From: Actinomycetales bacterium
GTDB taxonomy: Bacteria > Actinomycetota > Actinomycetes > S36-B12 > UBA5976
Length of the DNA stretch: 64,000 nucleotides
NCBI GenBank assembly: GCA_027484085.1
Contig: JAIXQF010000004.1
Span: 70,162 to 134,161, forward strand
Direction: 5' to 3'
This document shows positions 1-9,548 of the stretch, piece by piece (position 1 is the first letter of the stretch; each line of letters opens with the position of its first letter). Both the position numbers and the translations under genes were made by a program. The notes under the pieces are model-generated. The model saw nothing but the letters and a program-made list of their open reading frames with translations. It was not told where the DNA came from and ran no database searches.

Positions 1-126
1 GATCATTGCCGCAGCGGCGGCTAACAGCAATAAAGCGCCACTATAAGTTTCGTTATGTAATAACTTACGAATCCGGGAACGTGATTTTGGAGTCAATTCG
101 TTAAATGGCTGAATCGCATGTTCCAT
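1..126 (-). CDS. NhaA-like Na+/H+ antiporter, N-terminal fragment (gene continues past the window start)
   Basis: Reverse-strand ATG at 126-124 opens a frame that runs off the window edge: MEHAIQPFNELTPKSRSRIRKLLHNETYSGALLLLAAAAAMI. This resembles NhaA N-termini. Only 42 codons are visible and the ORF is not in the supplied track. Confidence 0.4.
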   Translation of the reverse strand, partial: MEHAIQPFNELTPKSRSRIRKLLHNETYSGALLLLAAAAAMI

Positions 127-160
127 AATCAAGAGTCTACTTTGAAACTAAATCTGGAAC

Positions 161-2119
161 CTAGTCATCATCGGTTGAAGAATTAATCAACCCAGCGCTA
201 ATCAAATTCATAATTGTTGGGTCGGCAAGAGTTGTAACGTCACCTAAAGTTCTATTCTCCGCAACATCGCGCAACAATCTGCGCATGATCTTTCCAGAGC
301 GGGTCTTTGGTAATTCAGTAACAATCAGAATCTGACGAGGTCGAGCAATTGCACCGATCTCTTTTGCCACATGCGCACGCAATTCTTGTGCGACATCTGG
401 TCCGTCTTCAGATCCAGCTCGCAAGATTACAAATGCAACGATGCCTTGCCCTGTTGTTTCATCGTTGGCACCAACTACGGCGGCTTCAGCAACAGTCGGA
501 TGAGAAACTAATGCGGATTCAACTTCAGTTGTTGAAATCCGATGACCGGAAATGTTCATGACATCGTCAACTCGGCCAAGTAACCAGATCGCACCATCGT
601 CATCCCACTTGGCGCCGTCGCCCGCAAAATATTGGGACTTAAAACGTGACCAATAGGTTTCTTTGTAACGTTCCATGTCGCCCCAAATGCCGCGCAACAT
701 CGCTGGCCAAGGTTGAGTGAGAACCAAATACCCACCGCTTCCGTGACCGACTGCTACACCTGCATCATCAAGGATTTCTGCGGAGATTCCAGGAATTGGT
801 CCCATCGCAGAGCCTGGCTTAGTTCCAGTGACACCTGGCAGTGGGCTGATCATGATGCCGCCGGTTTCGGTTTGCCACCAAGTGTCAACGATTGGGCAGT
901 TGTTTGCTCCGATAACTTCGCGGTACCACATCCAAGCTTCTGGGTTGATTGGTTCGCCAACACTTCCAAGCAATCGCAGGCTTGATAGGTCATGTGCCTG
1001 TGGGAACTCGTCACCCCACTTCATGAATGTGCGAATTGCAGTTGGCGCGGTGTAAAGAATTGTTACGCCATACTTAGCGACAATCTCCCACCAGCGACCC
1101 TTATGCGGAGTGTCAGGCGTGCCTTCATAAATAACTTGAGTCGCACCGTTTGCTAACGGACCATACGTTACATATGAATGGCCAGTGATCCAGCCAACAT
1201 CTGCTGTGCACCAATAGACATCGGTTTCTGGTTTTAAGTCAAAGACAACTCGATGTGTGTAGGAGGCTTGCGTTAGATAGCCACCTGTAGTGTGCAGAAT
1301 TCCTTTGGGCTTTCCCGTGGTACCGGAAGTGTAAAGAATAAATAATGGATGCTCGGAATCAAATGCTTGCGGAGTGTGAGTAGTTGACTGTCGAGCAACG
1401 ATGTCACTCCACCAAATGTCGCGCTCGTTATTCCAAGAAACTTCTTGTTCAGTTCGCTTTACTACTAAAACATTTTTTACGGTTGGCATATTTTCGATAG
1501 CTTCATCGACTGCAGCCTTTAGTCCAAATGCACTTCCCTTTCGGAAGCCGCCATCCGCAGTAATTACCAAACTCGCGGCGGCATCTTCGATGCGACTACG
1601 CAGCGACTCTGCTGAGAATCCGCCGAATACAACGGAGTGCGGTGCACCAATTCGAGCGCAAGCCAACATTGAGATAACCGCTTCTGGAATCATCGGCATG
1701 TAAATAGCGACACGGTCACCAGCCTTTATTCCCAATTCAGTTAATGCATTTGCAGTTTGACTAACGGATTCAAGTAAGTCGTTATATGTGATGGTTTGGG
1801 TATCACCACGTTCGCCTTCGAAGTGAATGGCAACTCGTGATCCATTTCCAGCTGCAACATGTCGATCGATGCAGTTAACCGAAACATTTAGCTTGCCGCC
1901 TACAAACCACTTAGACACTGGCGCTTGTGACCAATCAAGAACTTCACTCCACTTGGTATCCCATTGCAAGTTTTCTGCTTGATCGCTCCAGAAACCGTCA
2001 CGATCTACTTTTGCTTTTTCGTAAAGATCAGCTTTGCCATTAGCCTGTGCTGCAAATTTTTCAGATGGGAAAAACACTCGATCTTCGTGAGATAAATTCG
2101 CTAACGCTTCACCGCTCAT
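161..2119 (-). CDS. acs: Acetyl-CoA synthetase (AMP-forming)
   Basis: 652-aa ORF with the AMP-binding motif YTSGTTGKPKG and the C-terminal LPKTRSGKIMRR. Full-length Acs-like sequence (Rv3667 equivalent). Confidence 0.95.
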   Translation of the reverse strand: MSGEALANLSHEDRVFFPSEKFAAQANGKADLYEKAKVDRDGFWSDQAENLQWDTKWSEVLDWSQAPVSKWFVGGKLNVSVNCIDRHVAAGNGSRVAIHFEGERGDTQTITYNDLLESVSQTANALTELGIKAGDRVAIYMPMIPEAVISMLACARIGAPHSVVFGGFSAESLRSRIEDAAASLVITADGGFRKGSAFGLKAAVDEAIENMPTVKNVLVVKRTEQEVSWNNERDIWWSDIVARQSTTHTPQAFDSEHPLFILYTSGTTGKPKGILHTTGGYLTQASYTHRVVFDLKPETDVYWCTADVGWITGHSYVTYGPLANGATQVIYEGTPDTPHKGRWWEIVAKYGVTILYTAPTAIRTFMKWGDEFPQAHDLSSLRLLGSVGEPINPEAWMWYREVIGANNCPIVDTWWQTETGGIMISPLPGVTGTKPGSAMGPIPGISAEILDDAGVAVGHGSGGYLVLTQPWPAMLRGIWGDMERYKETYWSRFKSQYFAGDGAKWDDDGAIWLLGRVDDVMNISGHRISTTEVESALVSHPTVAEAAVVGANDETTGQGIVAFVILRAGSEDGPDVAQELRAHVAKEIGAIARPRQILIVTELPKTRSGKIMRRLLRDVAENRTLGDVTTLADPTIMNLISAGLINSSTDDD

Positions 2120-2223
2120 TTTTTACACTCTCTAACCGAATTGGAATTCAAGCACCTGTTATAACAACGATAGTTGTCGCAATGTTGTCGTTGGTCAAGC
2201 CTATTTCCTCAATGAAGCCGGAA

Positions 2224-3414
2224 TTAAAGACCAGAACACTTTCCAGTATCAACAGCTTTGTTAGTAGTGCTGGCTTTTTCGACGCCAACCATAAACTCTT
2301 TCGCAGTCAATGCGTAGCCAGTGTCAGTATCTGATGCAGAGGAGGCAAAAACTAATCCGGCGACAGTGCCATCCAAGGCAAACATTGGTGCTCCAGAATC
2401 ACCTTGTTTGATGTCTGCAGAGATCGCATAAATCTCTCGGGTTACCTGACTCTTTCCGTAGATGTCCGTGCCATTAGAGGCCGAGATACTTCTTACTCTG
2501 GCTGGGATCAAAGTAAGTGGTCCGCCACCAGGAAAACCAGCAACTACTGCATTGCTCGCCCGAGGAAGCGGTTCGCTTATGCGTAACGCAACGGAAGGAA
2601 AGTCTTTGGTTTTGATAATTGCAACGTCGCGAGCAGAATCGAAATAGACAACAATTCCTTCAAAGGCTCTGCCTTTGCCTTTGACTCTGAGTGTTGGATT
2701 TTCAACACCCGCGACAACGTGCGCATTAGTCATAATCAAATCTTGACCAATTACAAATCCTGAACCGGTTAGTCGCGTATTGCATTCTTCTGCAGTTCCC
2801 TCAACTTTTACTACCGAGTCCAGAGCTGCAACAACTGCTGGTGCATCAACCGCCGTTAAGTCAGGTGGCTCTACGGCAGGTGCCAGCAGGACATTTGTTA
2901 AACCTTGCGGTAATCCGGAATTAGAAACATAAATTCGAACAGAATCGACGCCGTTACGAACAGCCATTGGCATGTATTGCTCGAGGAGATTCAGAACTTT
3001 GGACTGAGACACAGTGTTTGTGAGTGATGAAACTGGAGCTGCTAGGAGAGTTGTCGCGAGTAGCCAGAAAACTATGGCCCAAGCAATCAGTGACAGCACT
3101 GCACCAGACAAGTTATCTAGCAATCTGATCGGAGACCAACTGAATACATTTCGGAGACGTCGGCCAATGAATCCACCGAATGCACTTCCGATACCAATAC
3201 CTATAAATAGCGTCGCAGCGCTCAGTCCAGTTCGCGTTAAAGAAGTAGTAGTTGAGGCAACATTAACTATCTCAACAACCGTGCTACCTAGCCAAGCACC
3301 AACAGCTAATCCAATTAATGAAAAGGCGCTAACTAGTAATCCGCGTCGCCAGCCAGATACGAGAATAAAAATCGCAAATGCGATCAGGGCTAGATCAAAA
3401 TAAAGCGGACTCAA
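2224..3414 (-). CDS. CvpA-family membrane domain fused to a trypsin-like serine protease (MarP/Rv3671c-like)
   Basis: N-terminal multi-TM region and a C-terminal S1 protease with His/Asp/Ser contexts TNAHVV, DVAIIK and GDSGAPMF. Same position relative to nth/crp as Rv3671c. Confidence 0.8.
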   Translation of the reverse strand: MSPLYFDLALIAFAIFILVSGWRRGLLVSAFSLIGLAVGAWLGSTVVEIVNVASTTTSLTRTGLSAATLFIGIGIGSAFGGFIGRRLRNVFSWSPIRLLDNLSGAVLSLIAWAIVFWLLATTLLAAPVSSLTNTVSQSKVLNLLEQYMPMAVRNGVDSVRIYVSNSGLPQGLTNVLLAPAVEPPDLTAVDAPAVVAALDSVVKVEGTAEECNTRLTGSGFVIGQDLIMTNAHVVAGVENPTLRVKGKGRAFEGIVVYFDSARDVAIIKTKDFPSVALRISEPLPRASNAVVAGFPGGGPLTLIPARVRSISASNGTDIYGKSQVTREIYAISADIKQGDSGAPMFALDGTVAGLVFASSASDTDTGYALTAKEFMVGVEKASTTNKAVDTGKCSGL

Positions 3415-4070
3415 CTTGAAACTTCAGTGTTTGGTGCCGGGGCAGGCAATTCAACGATGAGTGACTCATCCCAAGGAACAGACCAACCAGCTATGTCCAT
3501 CAGACGACTGATTAGTCCACCCGTGAATCCCCAAATCAACATTGAATCGATGTTGAAACCCGGTCCGAACGAACCATTCACATGGCGAACTCGAGTGCGA
3601 TTCGTTGGATCGATCAACTTAGACAACGGAATTTGATGCACTGCTTGAACTTCATTGGAATCGATGTTTGTAATTTCATGCGGAGAGTGCCACCAACCAA
3701 GGACCGGGGTCACTTTGAAGTTTGAAGGTGGGATCCAAAGTTGTGGGAGTTCACCAAGAATCTTTATTGAATCTGGATTGAGTCCGATCTCTTCTTTAGC
3801 TTCTCGGAGCGCAGTTTGGGAAAGCGAGCTGTCCCCTTCTTCAACGCGGCCACCAGGGAATGCAGGTTGTCCTGGATGTGCCTTCAAGTGAGAAGCGCGT
3901 TCAATGATTACAACTTCACCAAAATTTTCTCGCGGCCCAAACAAAACAAGAACGGCTGCTTCGCGCGTTGATTCCTCTGGCACGGCATGCCTCGATAAAT
4001 CGCTCGGCTGCAATGTTGGCAATCGAGAGATCAGTTGGTTCATCCACTCTGGTGCTGTCATCTCAATCAC
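3411..4070 (-). CDS. Nudix hydrolase (CoA pyrophosphatase-like)
   Basis: Nudix box GGRVEEGDSSLSQTALREAKEEIGL. 8-nt overlap with nth and 4-nt overlap with the downstream protease gene. Confidence 0.8.
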   Translation of the reverse strand: MIEMTAPEWMNQLISRLPTLQPSDLSRHAVPEESTREAAVLVLFGPRENFGEVVIIERASHLKAHPGQPAFPGGRVEEGDSSLSQTALREAKEEIGLNPDSIKILGELPQLWIPPSNFKVTPVLGWWHSPHEITNIDSNEVQAVHQIPLSKLIDPTNRTRVRHVNGSFGPGFNIDSMLIWGFTGGLISRLMDIAGWSVPWDESLIVELPAPAPNTEVSS

Positions 4071-4761
4071 CAGTCTTCACTAGTTTCGCAGCTTCCGTTG
4101 GATCAGTTGGACCTTCGCCAAATGATGGGCACATGATGGCGAGTTCACAGGCGCCACAAGCTGGTTTCCGCGAATGACAAACGCGGCGGCCCAAGAAAAT
4201 CAGTCGGTGATTGAGCATGGTCCAATACTCCGGAGGAAGTATTGCCATAATGTCGAATTCAACCTTTACTGGGTCGGTGTTCTTCGTCCAGCCAAGTCGT
4301 CTAGCAATTCGGCCAACATGAGTATCCACCGTGACGCCCGGAACTCCGAAAGCATTTCCTAAAACTACATTCGCAGTTTTTCGCCCGGCGCCAGGCAAAG
4401 TTACAAGTTCTTCTAAAGTGTTTGGGACTTGACCGTTAAAGCGTTCAATGATTGCGGCAGAAAGGCCTTTGATTGACAAAGCTTTGTTGTGATAAAACCC
4501 AGTTGATCGAATTATGGATTCAATGTCTTCGATCGGAGCGGCCGCAAGATCGACAACGTTTGGATACTTCTTAAAGAGAACAGGCGTGACCATGTTTACG
4601 CGCTTATCAGTACATTGCGCTGATAACACGGTTGCTACAAGTAACTGCAACGGATTTTCATAATCCAATTCGCATTTTGCGTCTGGAAACATTTGAGAAA
4701 GTTTTGCATCAATTGCAATTGCGCGAGCCTTTAAGGCAGTTTTTGATTCGCGCGGGGACAT
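4063..4761 (-). CDS. nth: Endonuclease III
   Basis: HhH-GPD region LVTLPGAGRKTANVVLG and the C-terminal Fe-S cysteine loop CHSRKPACGACELAIMC. Confidence 0.93.
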   Translation of the reverse strand: MSPRESKTALKARAIAIDAKLSQMFPDAKCELDYENPLQLLVATVLSAQCTDKRVNMVTPVLFKKYPNVVDLAAAPIEDIESIIRSTGFYHNKALSIKGLSAAIIERFNGQVPNTLEELVTLPGAGRKTANVVLGNAFGVPGVTVDTHVGRIARRLGWTKNTDPVKVEFDIMAILPPEYWTMLNHRLIFLGRRVCHSRKPACGACELAIMCPSFGEGPTDPTEAAKLVKTGD

Positions 4762-4782
4762 TACCTAAGACTAGATGATTAC

Positions 4783-5460
4783 TTAACGGGCGCGTTTTGA
4801 TAACCGCTCAACATCAAGAATCTCAACCGATCGAGTTTCAAGTTTGACCCAGCCACGAGTAGCAAAGTCGGCAAGCGCCTTGTTTACGGTTTCGCGTGAT
4901 GCGCCAACTAGTTGAGCTAATTCTTCTTGAGTTAAGTCGTGATGCACATAAAGTCCATCACTGGTCTTTGTACCGAACTTTTCGCCCAATTCAAGCAATG
5001 CTTTTGCTACGCGACCTGGAACGTCAGCGAACACTAGATCAGACATGGTTTCATTCGTGCGACGTAAGCGATGAGCAAGCGCCTTCAAAAGTGCTTTTGA
5101 AACTTCAGGGCGGCCGGCTAACCAAGGATTTAGATCGGTATTTCCAAGTCCTAGAACTTTTGAATCTGTAACTGCAGATGCGGTTGCAGTTCGCGGTCCT
5201 GGATCAAAAAGTGAAAGTTCGCCGAACATATCTCCCGGGCCGAGGACCATTAGAAGAGATTCGCGGCCATCGCCTGAGGCGTGACTTAACTTGATCTTGC
5301 CTTCAGTCACTACATACAGGCGGTCACCAGGGTCTCCTTCTTGAAAGAGAGTCTGGCCCTTCTTAATTGTTTGAGGCACCATCGACTGCTTTAGTGCACT
5401 CGCTGCCTCTTCGTCGAGGGCAGAAAAGAGCGGAGTTTGATGCAAGTTGCTATCAATCAT
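4783..5460 (-). CDS. crp: Crp/Fnr-family cAMP receptor protein
   Basis: cNMP-binding domain (FGELSLF, RTATA) plus the C-terminal HTH GASRETVNKALADFATRGW, which closely resembles mycobacterial Crp and corynebacterial GlxR. Confidence 0.9.
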   Translation of the reverse strand: MIDSNLHQTPLFSALDEEAASALKQSMVPQTIKKGQTLFQEGDPGDRLYVVTEGKIKLSHASGDGRESLLMVLGPGDMFGELSLFDPGPRTATASAVTDSKVLGLGNTDLNPWLAGRPEVSKALLKALAHRLRRTNETMSDLVFADVPGRVAKALLELGEKFGTKTSDGLYVHHDLTQEELAQLVGASRETVNKALADFATRGWVKLETRSVEILDVERLSKRAR

Positions 5461-5494
5461 TTCCGCTTCCTTCCTGCCGACTCAATTTTGATTT

Positions 5495-5959
5495 TTAGTC
5501 GCGAACTTCAACAATCACTTCAACTTCAACAGGTGTGTTAAGTGGAAGTGATGCAACACCTACTGCTGAGCGCGCATGCTTGCCTGCGTCACCAAATGCT
5601 TGGATGAAAAGATCACTTGCACCGTTGATGACAACTGGCTGCTTAGTGAATTCTGGAGTGCTGGCAACAAAGCCAACAACTTTAACAACGCGTACAACCT
5701 TGTCTAGGTCACCAATCAAGGACTTAATTGCTGCAATGGCGTTAACTGCACATTGCGCAGCACATTTAGCGGCAGTCTCTTCATCAATGTCTTTTCCAAG
5801 TAGACCGGCAGCCATTAACTCGCCCGCTACAAATGGAAGCTGGCCAGATGTGTAAACCAAGTTTCCGGTTCGGGATGCTGGAACATACGAAGCAACTGGT
5901 GGGATAACTTCTGGAACCGTAATTCCTAGTGCGGACAAACGATCTTCAACTGCGCTCAT
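5495..5959 (-). CDS. RidA/YjgF-family protein
   Basis: RidA-like sequence starting MSAVEDRLSALGI. I chose the ATG at 5959. The ORF-track extension to 6043 would overlap the upstream small gene and has no homology signal. Confidence 0.8.
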   Translation of the reverse strand: MSAVEDRLSALGITVPEVIPPVASYVPASRTGNLVYTSGQLPFVAGELMAAGLLGKDIDEETAAKCAAQCAVNAIAAIKSLIGDLDKVVRVVKVVGFVASTPEFTKQPVVINGASDLFIQAFGDAGKHARSAVGVASLPLNTPVEVEVIVEVRD

Positions 5960-5967
5960 ATTTTTTC

Positions 5968-6123
5968 CTAGTCCTTTGGTCGCTTGAAGTAAGCAACAAG
6001 ATTTTCTGAATTCATGCCTGGAATGATTGCAACCAGTTCCCAACCATCAAGCCCGAAGTTATCCAGAATTGCCTTGGTGTTGTGAACCAATAAAGGTGCG
6101 GTCAGGTATTCCCACTTAGTCAT
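5968..6123 (-). CDS. Small DUF4177-like protein (51 aa), absent from the ORF track
   Basis: Hand translation gives MTKWEYLTAPLLVHNTKAILDNFGLDGWELVAIIPGMNSENLVAYFKRPKD, with ATG at 6123 and TAG at 5970-5968. The WEY...LN..G.GWELV pattern is typical of DUF4177. Confidence 0.6.
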   Translation of the reverse strand: MTKWEYLTAPLLVHNTKAILDNFGLDGWELVAIIPGMNSENLVAYFKRPKD

Positions 6124-6167
6124 GTAACGAGCATACGACAGTTGGTGGCTTAGTAAAAATGTCGGAG

Positions 6168-6494
6168 TTAGGCCCCGCGGACAAAAGCGACTGGGTCAAC
6201 TGAGTCGTAATCTTTACGAGCATTCATAAGAAGCTCTCGCCAAGATGACACATTTGAACGGCGGCGTAGAAGTGCACGGCGCTCACGTTCAGTCATGCCA
6301 CCCCAAACACCAAATTCAATTTCATTATCCAGCGCGTCCGCAAGGCACTCAGTTCGAACTGAGCAACCGGCGCAAATTGCCTTCACGCGATTCTGTGCTG
6401 CGCCTTGGACAAATAGAAGATCCGGATCTGTATCGCGGCACGCTGCGCTGCGACTCCATTCAGCATTCCACATTGACGATTTGTATCCCCTCAT
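6168..6494 (-). CDS. whiB: WhiB-family Fe-S transcription factor (position equivalent to whiB4/whiD next to ponA2)
   Basis: Four Cys in a C...C-X2-C-X5-C layout (AACRD...CAGCSVRTEC), the GVWGG turn and a basic tail RRALLRRR. The start is uncertain: ATG at 6494 or 6473, while the ORF track extends to 6551. Confidence 0.85.
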   Translation of the reverse strand: MRGYKSSMWNAEWSRSAACRDTDPDLLFVQGAAQNRVKAICAGCSVRTECLADALDNEIEFGVWGGMTERERRALLRRRSNVSSWRELLMNARKDYDSVDPVAFVRGA

Positions 6495-6685
6495 ACTTGG
6501 ATTAACGTCTATCGATGTTTCTCTTGTGCAAGATGCTAGAGCAAACATCAATTGCTTAACTATTGGGCCAGGCCATAGGTCGTGTCAATACCTGAGACCA
6601 ACTTTTTTTCACCTGGGTTCAAGTTGGGTTCACGGAGCAAATCCGCGTTTTACGCCCAATCAATAGGGGTTACGATTAAGGAACT

Positions 6686-8998
6686 ATGGACGATAGCTTT
6701 GGTGGAACTGGTCTGAACCGCTTTGGTCTATTTACCAGAATGGCGACTTTTGTAGCACTTGCCGGTGTAGTCGGCGCTCTAATTGTTCTTCCAGTTGTTG
6801 GTGGGGTTGGGATTGCCACTAGAAATAGTGCGCAAGCATTCACTGGCCTACCAAGTGATCTGACCCAAGTACCTCTGCCACAACAAAATACGTTGCTTGA
6901 TGCCGATGGCAATGTTTTGGCGGCGCTTTACGCGCAAAATCGAATTGAAGTACCAATTGAAGAAATTGCACCTGTTATGCAGCAGGCGATAATCGCAATC
7001 GAAGACCAAAGGTTCTTCAATCATGCTGGGATCGACTTCAAGGGAACGCTTCGTGCCTCAATTTCAACGGGCGCAGGTGGACAAGTCCAAGGTGGTTCCA
7101 CAATCACTCAGCAATATGTAAAGCAAATCTTGTTAACTGCCGCGACAACAAAAGAAGAACAAGAAGCAGCAGTTGCAGTCTCGATAAATCGAAAAATTCG
7201 TGAAGCTCGATATGCCATCGAACTAGAAAACAAACTTTCTAAAAAAGAAATTCTTGAGGGCTACCTAAACATTGCCTATTTCGGTGCTGGTTCCTACGGC
7301 GTTGAAATCGCCTCACGCAGATATTTTTCAAAATCTGCAAACGAGTTGACATTGAGTCAAGCAGCAACTCTTGCCGGCTTGGTTCAAAATCCATCTAGAT
7401 TTGATCCAACCCGTTTCCCAGAGCGCGCCCAAAATCGCCGCGATGAGGTTTTAAATGCCATGGTCAATGTTGGCTACATTACTGAGGACCAATCAGCCAT
7501 GGCTAAGGCGATTTCGGTAGCAGCCGACCTTAAGCCTGATGAGTTATCAAATGGCTGCGTGAATTCTTATGCGCCATTTTTCTGTGACTATGTGCTTACG
7601 GTTTTAATGAATGATCCAACGTTTGGTGAAACTCCTGAAGTTAGAGCGCGACTGTTAGCTGTTGGCGGACTCACAATCAAAACCACACTAAGTCTTGACG
7701 CCCAGACCTCGTCACAAAAAGCAGTGGATGAAAAAATTCCTTTCGATGATGAAAGTGGCAAAGCTGCTGCCATAACCATGATTCGTCCCGGGACTGGTGA
7801 GATCACGGCAATGGCTCAGAATCACAAGTGGGGTCGAAGCGGAGCTGGGTACACAACCATTAATTACAACGCCCCGGTCTCAGCAAACGGTACCGTTGGA
7901 TTTCAAGCCGGATCTACTTTCAAGGTTTTCACCATTGGTGCTGCATTCAAGTTAGGTTGGGATCCATTCCGCGTTATAAATGCACCGGCACAAAAAACGT
8001 TTACAGATTTCAAAGAATGTGGAACTGGCGCAAGGTTCGCCCCATATCCAGTAAGAAATTCCACGAGTTCTGGCGCCTTTGATATTTTCAGTGGAACTGC
8101 GTTCTCGGTTAACACTTACTTCGTTGGGCTAGAAGAAAAACTTGGACTTTGTGAACCACTATCAGTAGCGAAAGCCTCTGGTGTAAAGCAAGGTAATGGC
8201 GAAGACTTTGCAGACTACCCATGCTTCACACTTGGTTGTTTCGATGTCACGACACTTGACATGACGGAAGGTATGGCAACCTTTGCGTCGCACGGTGTTC
8301 ATTGTGAATCGATCGCAATCTCTTCGATCACAGATCGATACGGAAATGAACTCGAAGTGCCTTCCGCTAACTGCCTGCAAAAGCTTGATGTTGAAGTTGC
8401 GGATAGCACAACAGCGGTTCTCGCTGGAGTTATTAGCGGACCACTTGGTGGCCGAACTGGCAGGTCGATGTACTTTGATCGACCAGCAGCTGGAAAGACT
8501 GGCACTACCGATAATTCAGCAGCTGTATGGTTTGTTGGATACACACCAGACATGGCTGCTTCAGTTTGGGTCGGTGATCCACGCGGTGGCCAGACCTACC
8601 CGATGAAGAATATTCGAATCAATGGTCGGTATTACGGTCAGGTATTTGGTTCAACCATGCCAGGACCAATTTGGCGGGATGCGTTGCGAGGCGCTTTGGC
8701 AAAAGTCCCAGCCACGCCATGGAATCTGAAAACCTTAAACGGCATTAAAGCTGGTGGATTTGGTAACCAAATTACTGCCAGTAAAGAAGTTTGCGCCGGG
8801 TTGCTAGATCAGGAATACATTGCGTGTGAGACAGAGTTAGCGCTGACACAGTTTGCTAAGGAACTTGCCAACGGCACGATGATCATTGACCCATTAACTG
8901 GCAAGGCAATTCCAAATCCTGCCAAGGCAACGCCAAGCCCAAGTGCTTCGACAACGCCCACACCTACGCCTAGCCCATCAGGGACATTGACTCCGTAA
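6686..8998 (+). CDS. ponA: Class A penicillin-binding protein (transglycosylase/transpeptidase)
   Basis: N-terminal TM segment. GT51 motifs EDQRFFNHAGID and GGSTITQQY. Transpeptidase motifs STFK and KTGTT. Pro/Thr/Ser-rich C-terminal tail. Divergent from whiB as in Rv3681c/Rv3682. Confidence 0.9.
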   Translation: MDDSFGGTGLNRFGLFTRMATFVALAGVVGALIVLPVVGGVGIATRNSAQAFTGLPSDLTQVPLPQQNTLLDADGNVLAALYAQNRIEVPIEEIAPVMQQAIIAIEDQRFFNHAGIDFKGTLRASISTGAGGQVQGGSTITQQYVKQILLTAATTKEEQEAAVAVSINRKIREARYAIELENKLSKKEILEGYLNIAYFGAGSYGVEIASRRYFSKSANELTLSQAATLAGLVQNPSRFDPTRFPERAQNRRDEVLNAMVNVGYITEDQSAMAKAISVAADLKPDELSNGCVNSYAPFFCDYVLTVLMNDPTFGETPEVRARLLAVGGLTIKTTLSLDAQTSSQKAVDEKIPFDDESGKAAAITMIRPGTGEITAMAQNHKWGRSGAGYTTINYNAPVSANGTVGFQAGSTFKVFTIGAAFKLGWDPFRVINAPAQKTFTDFKECGTGARFAPYPVRNSTSSGAFDIFSGTAFSVNTYFVGLEEKLGLCEPLSVAKASGVKQGNGEDFADYPCFTLGCFDVTTLDMTEGMATFASHGVHCESIAISSITDRYGNELEVPSANCLQKLDVEVADSTTAVLAGVISGPLGGRTGRSMYFDRPAAGKTGTTDNSAAVWFVGYTPDMAASVWVGDPRGGQTYPMKNIRINGRYYGQVFGSTMPGPIWRDALRGALAKVPATPWNLKTLNGIKAGGFGNQITASKEVCAGLLDQEYIACETELALTQFAKELANGTMIIDPLTGKAIPNPAKATPSPSASTTPTPTPSPSGTLTP

Positions 8999-9042
8999 CG
9001 GCAATGGTCGGATATCCACTAATGGTCTGACAAGGTATAGAT

Positions 9043-9504
9043 ATGACAAACCTTAAAGAGCAAATTCATATCGATCTAACTGCCGCTATCAGGGCAAAGG
9101 ATTCGCTCACTTCTGGCACGTTACGCATGGTGTTATCTGCTATTACCAATGAAGAAGTATCGGGCAAAGAAGCCAGGGTTCTGGACGATCAAGATTTCAT
9201 CACGGTTCTGAATCGAGAAGCAAAGAAGCGCAAGGAAGCAGCTACCGCTTATGACGACGCAAAGCGTCCGGAACTTGCCGATAAAGAACGCGCAGAACTT
9301 GGAATTATTCAGGCTTACTTACCTGCCGCACTATCTGATGAAGATTTAGCAAAAATCATTGCCGATGCTGTTGCGCAGGCTGCTGCCGATGGAGCAACTG
9401 GCCCAAGCGCAATGGGAGCAGTTATGAAGTTGGTTTCGCCTCAGGTTTCGGGACGAGCTGATGGCGGCGCAGTAGCTGCTGCCGTGAAGTCCGCACTGGC
9501 ATAA
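9043..9504 (+). CDS. GatB/YqeY domain protein
   Basis: 153-aa ORF with typical YqeY-like sequence (LTAAIRAKD...LRMVLSAITNEEV...ELGIIQAYLP). Confidence 0.8.
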   Translation: MTNLKEQIHIDLTAAIRAKDSLTSGTLRMVLSAITNEEVSGKEARVLDDQDFITVLNREAKKRKEAATAYDDAKRPELADKERAELGIIQAYLPAALSDEDLAKIIADAVAQAAADGATGPSAMGAVMKLVSPQVSGRADGGAVAAAVKSALA

Positions 9505-9548
9505 CTAGTTTCGATTGATTCTGATTCCTTGTCTAATTTTCCAAGCAA

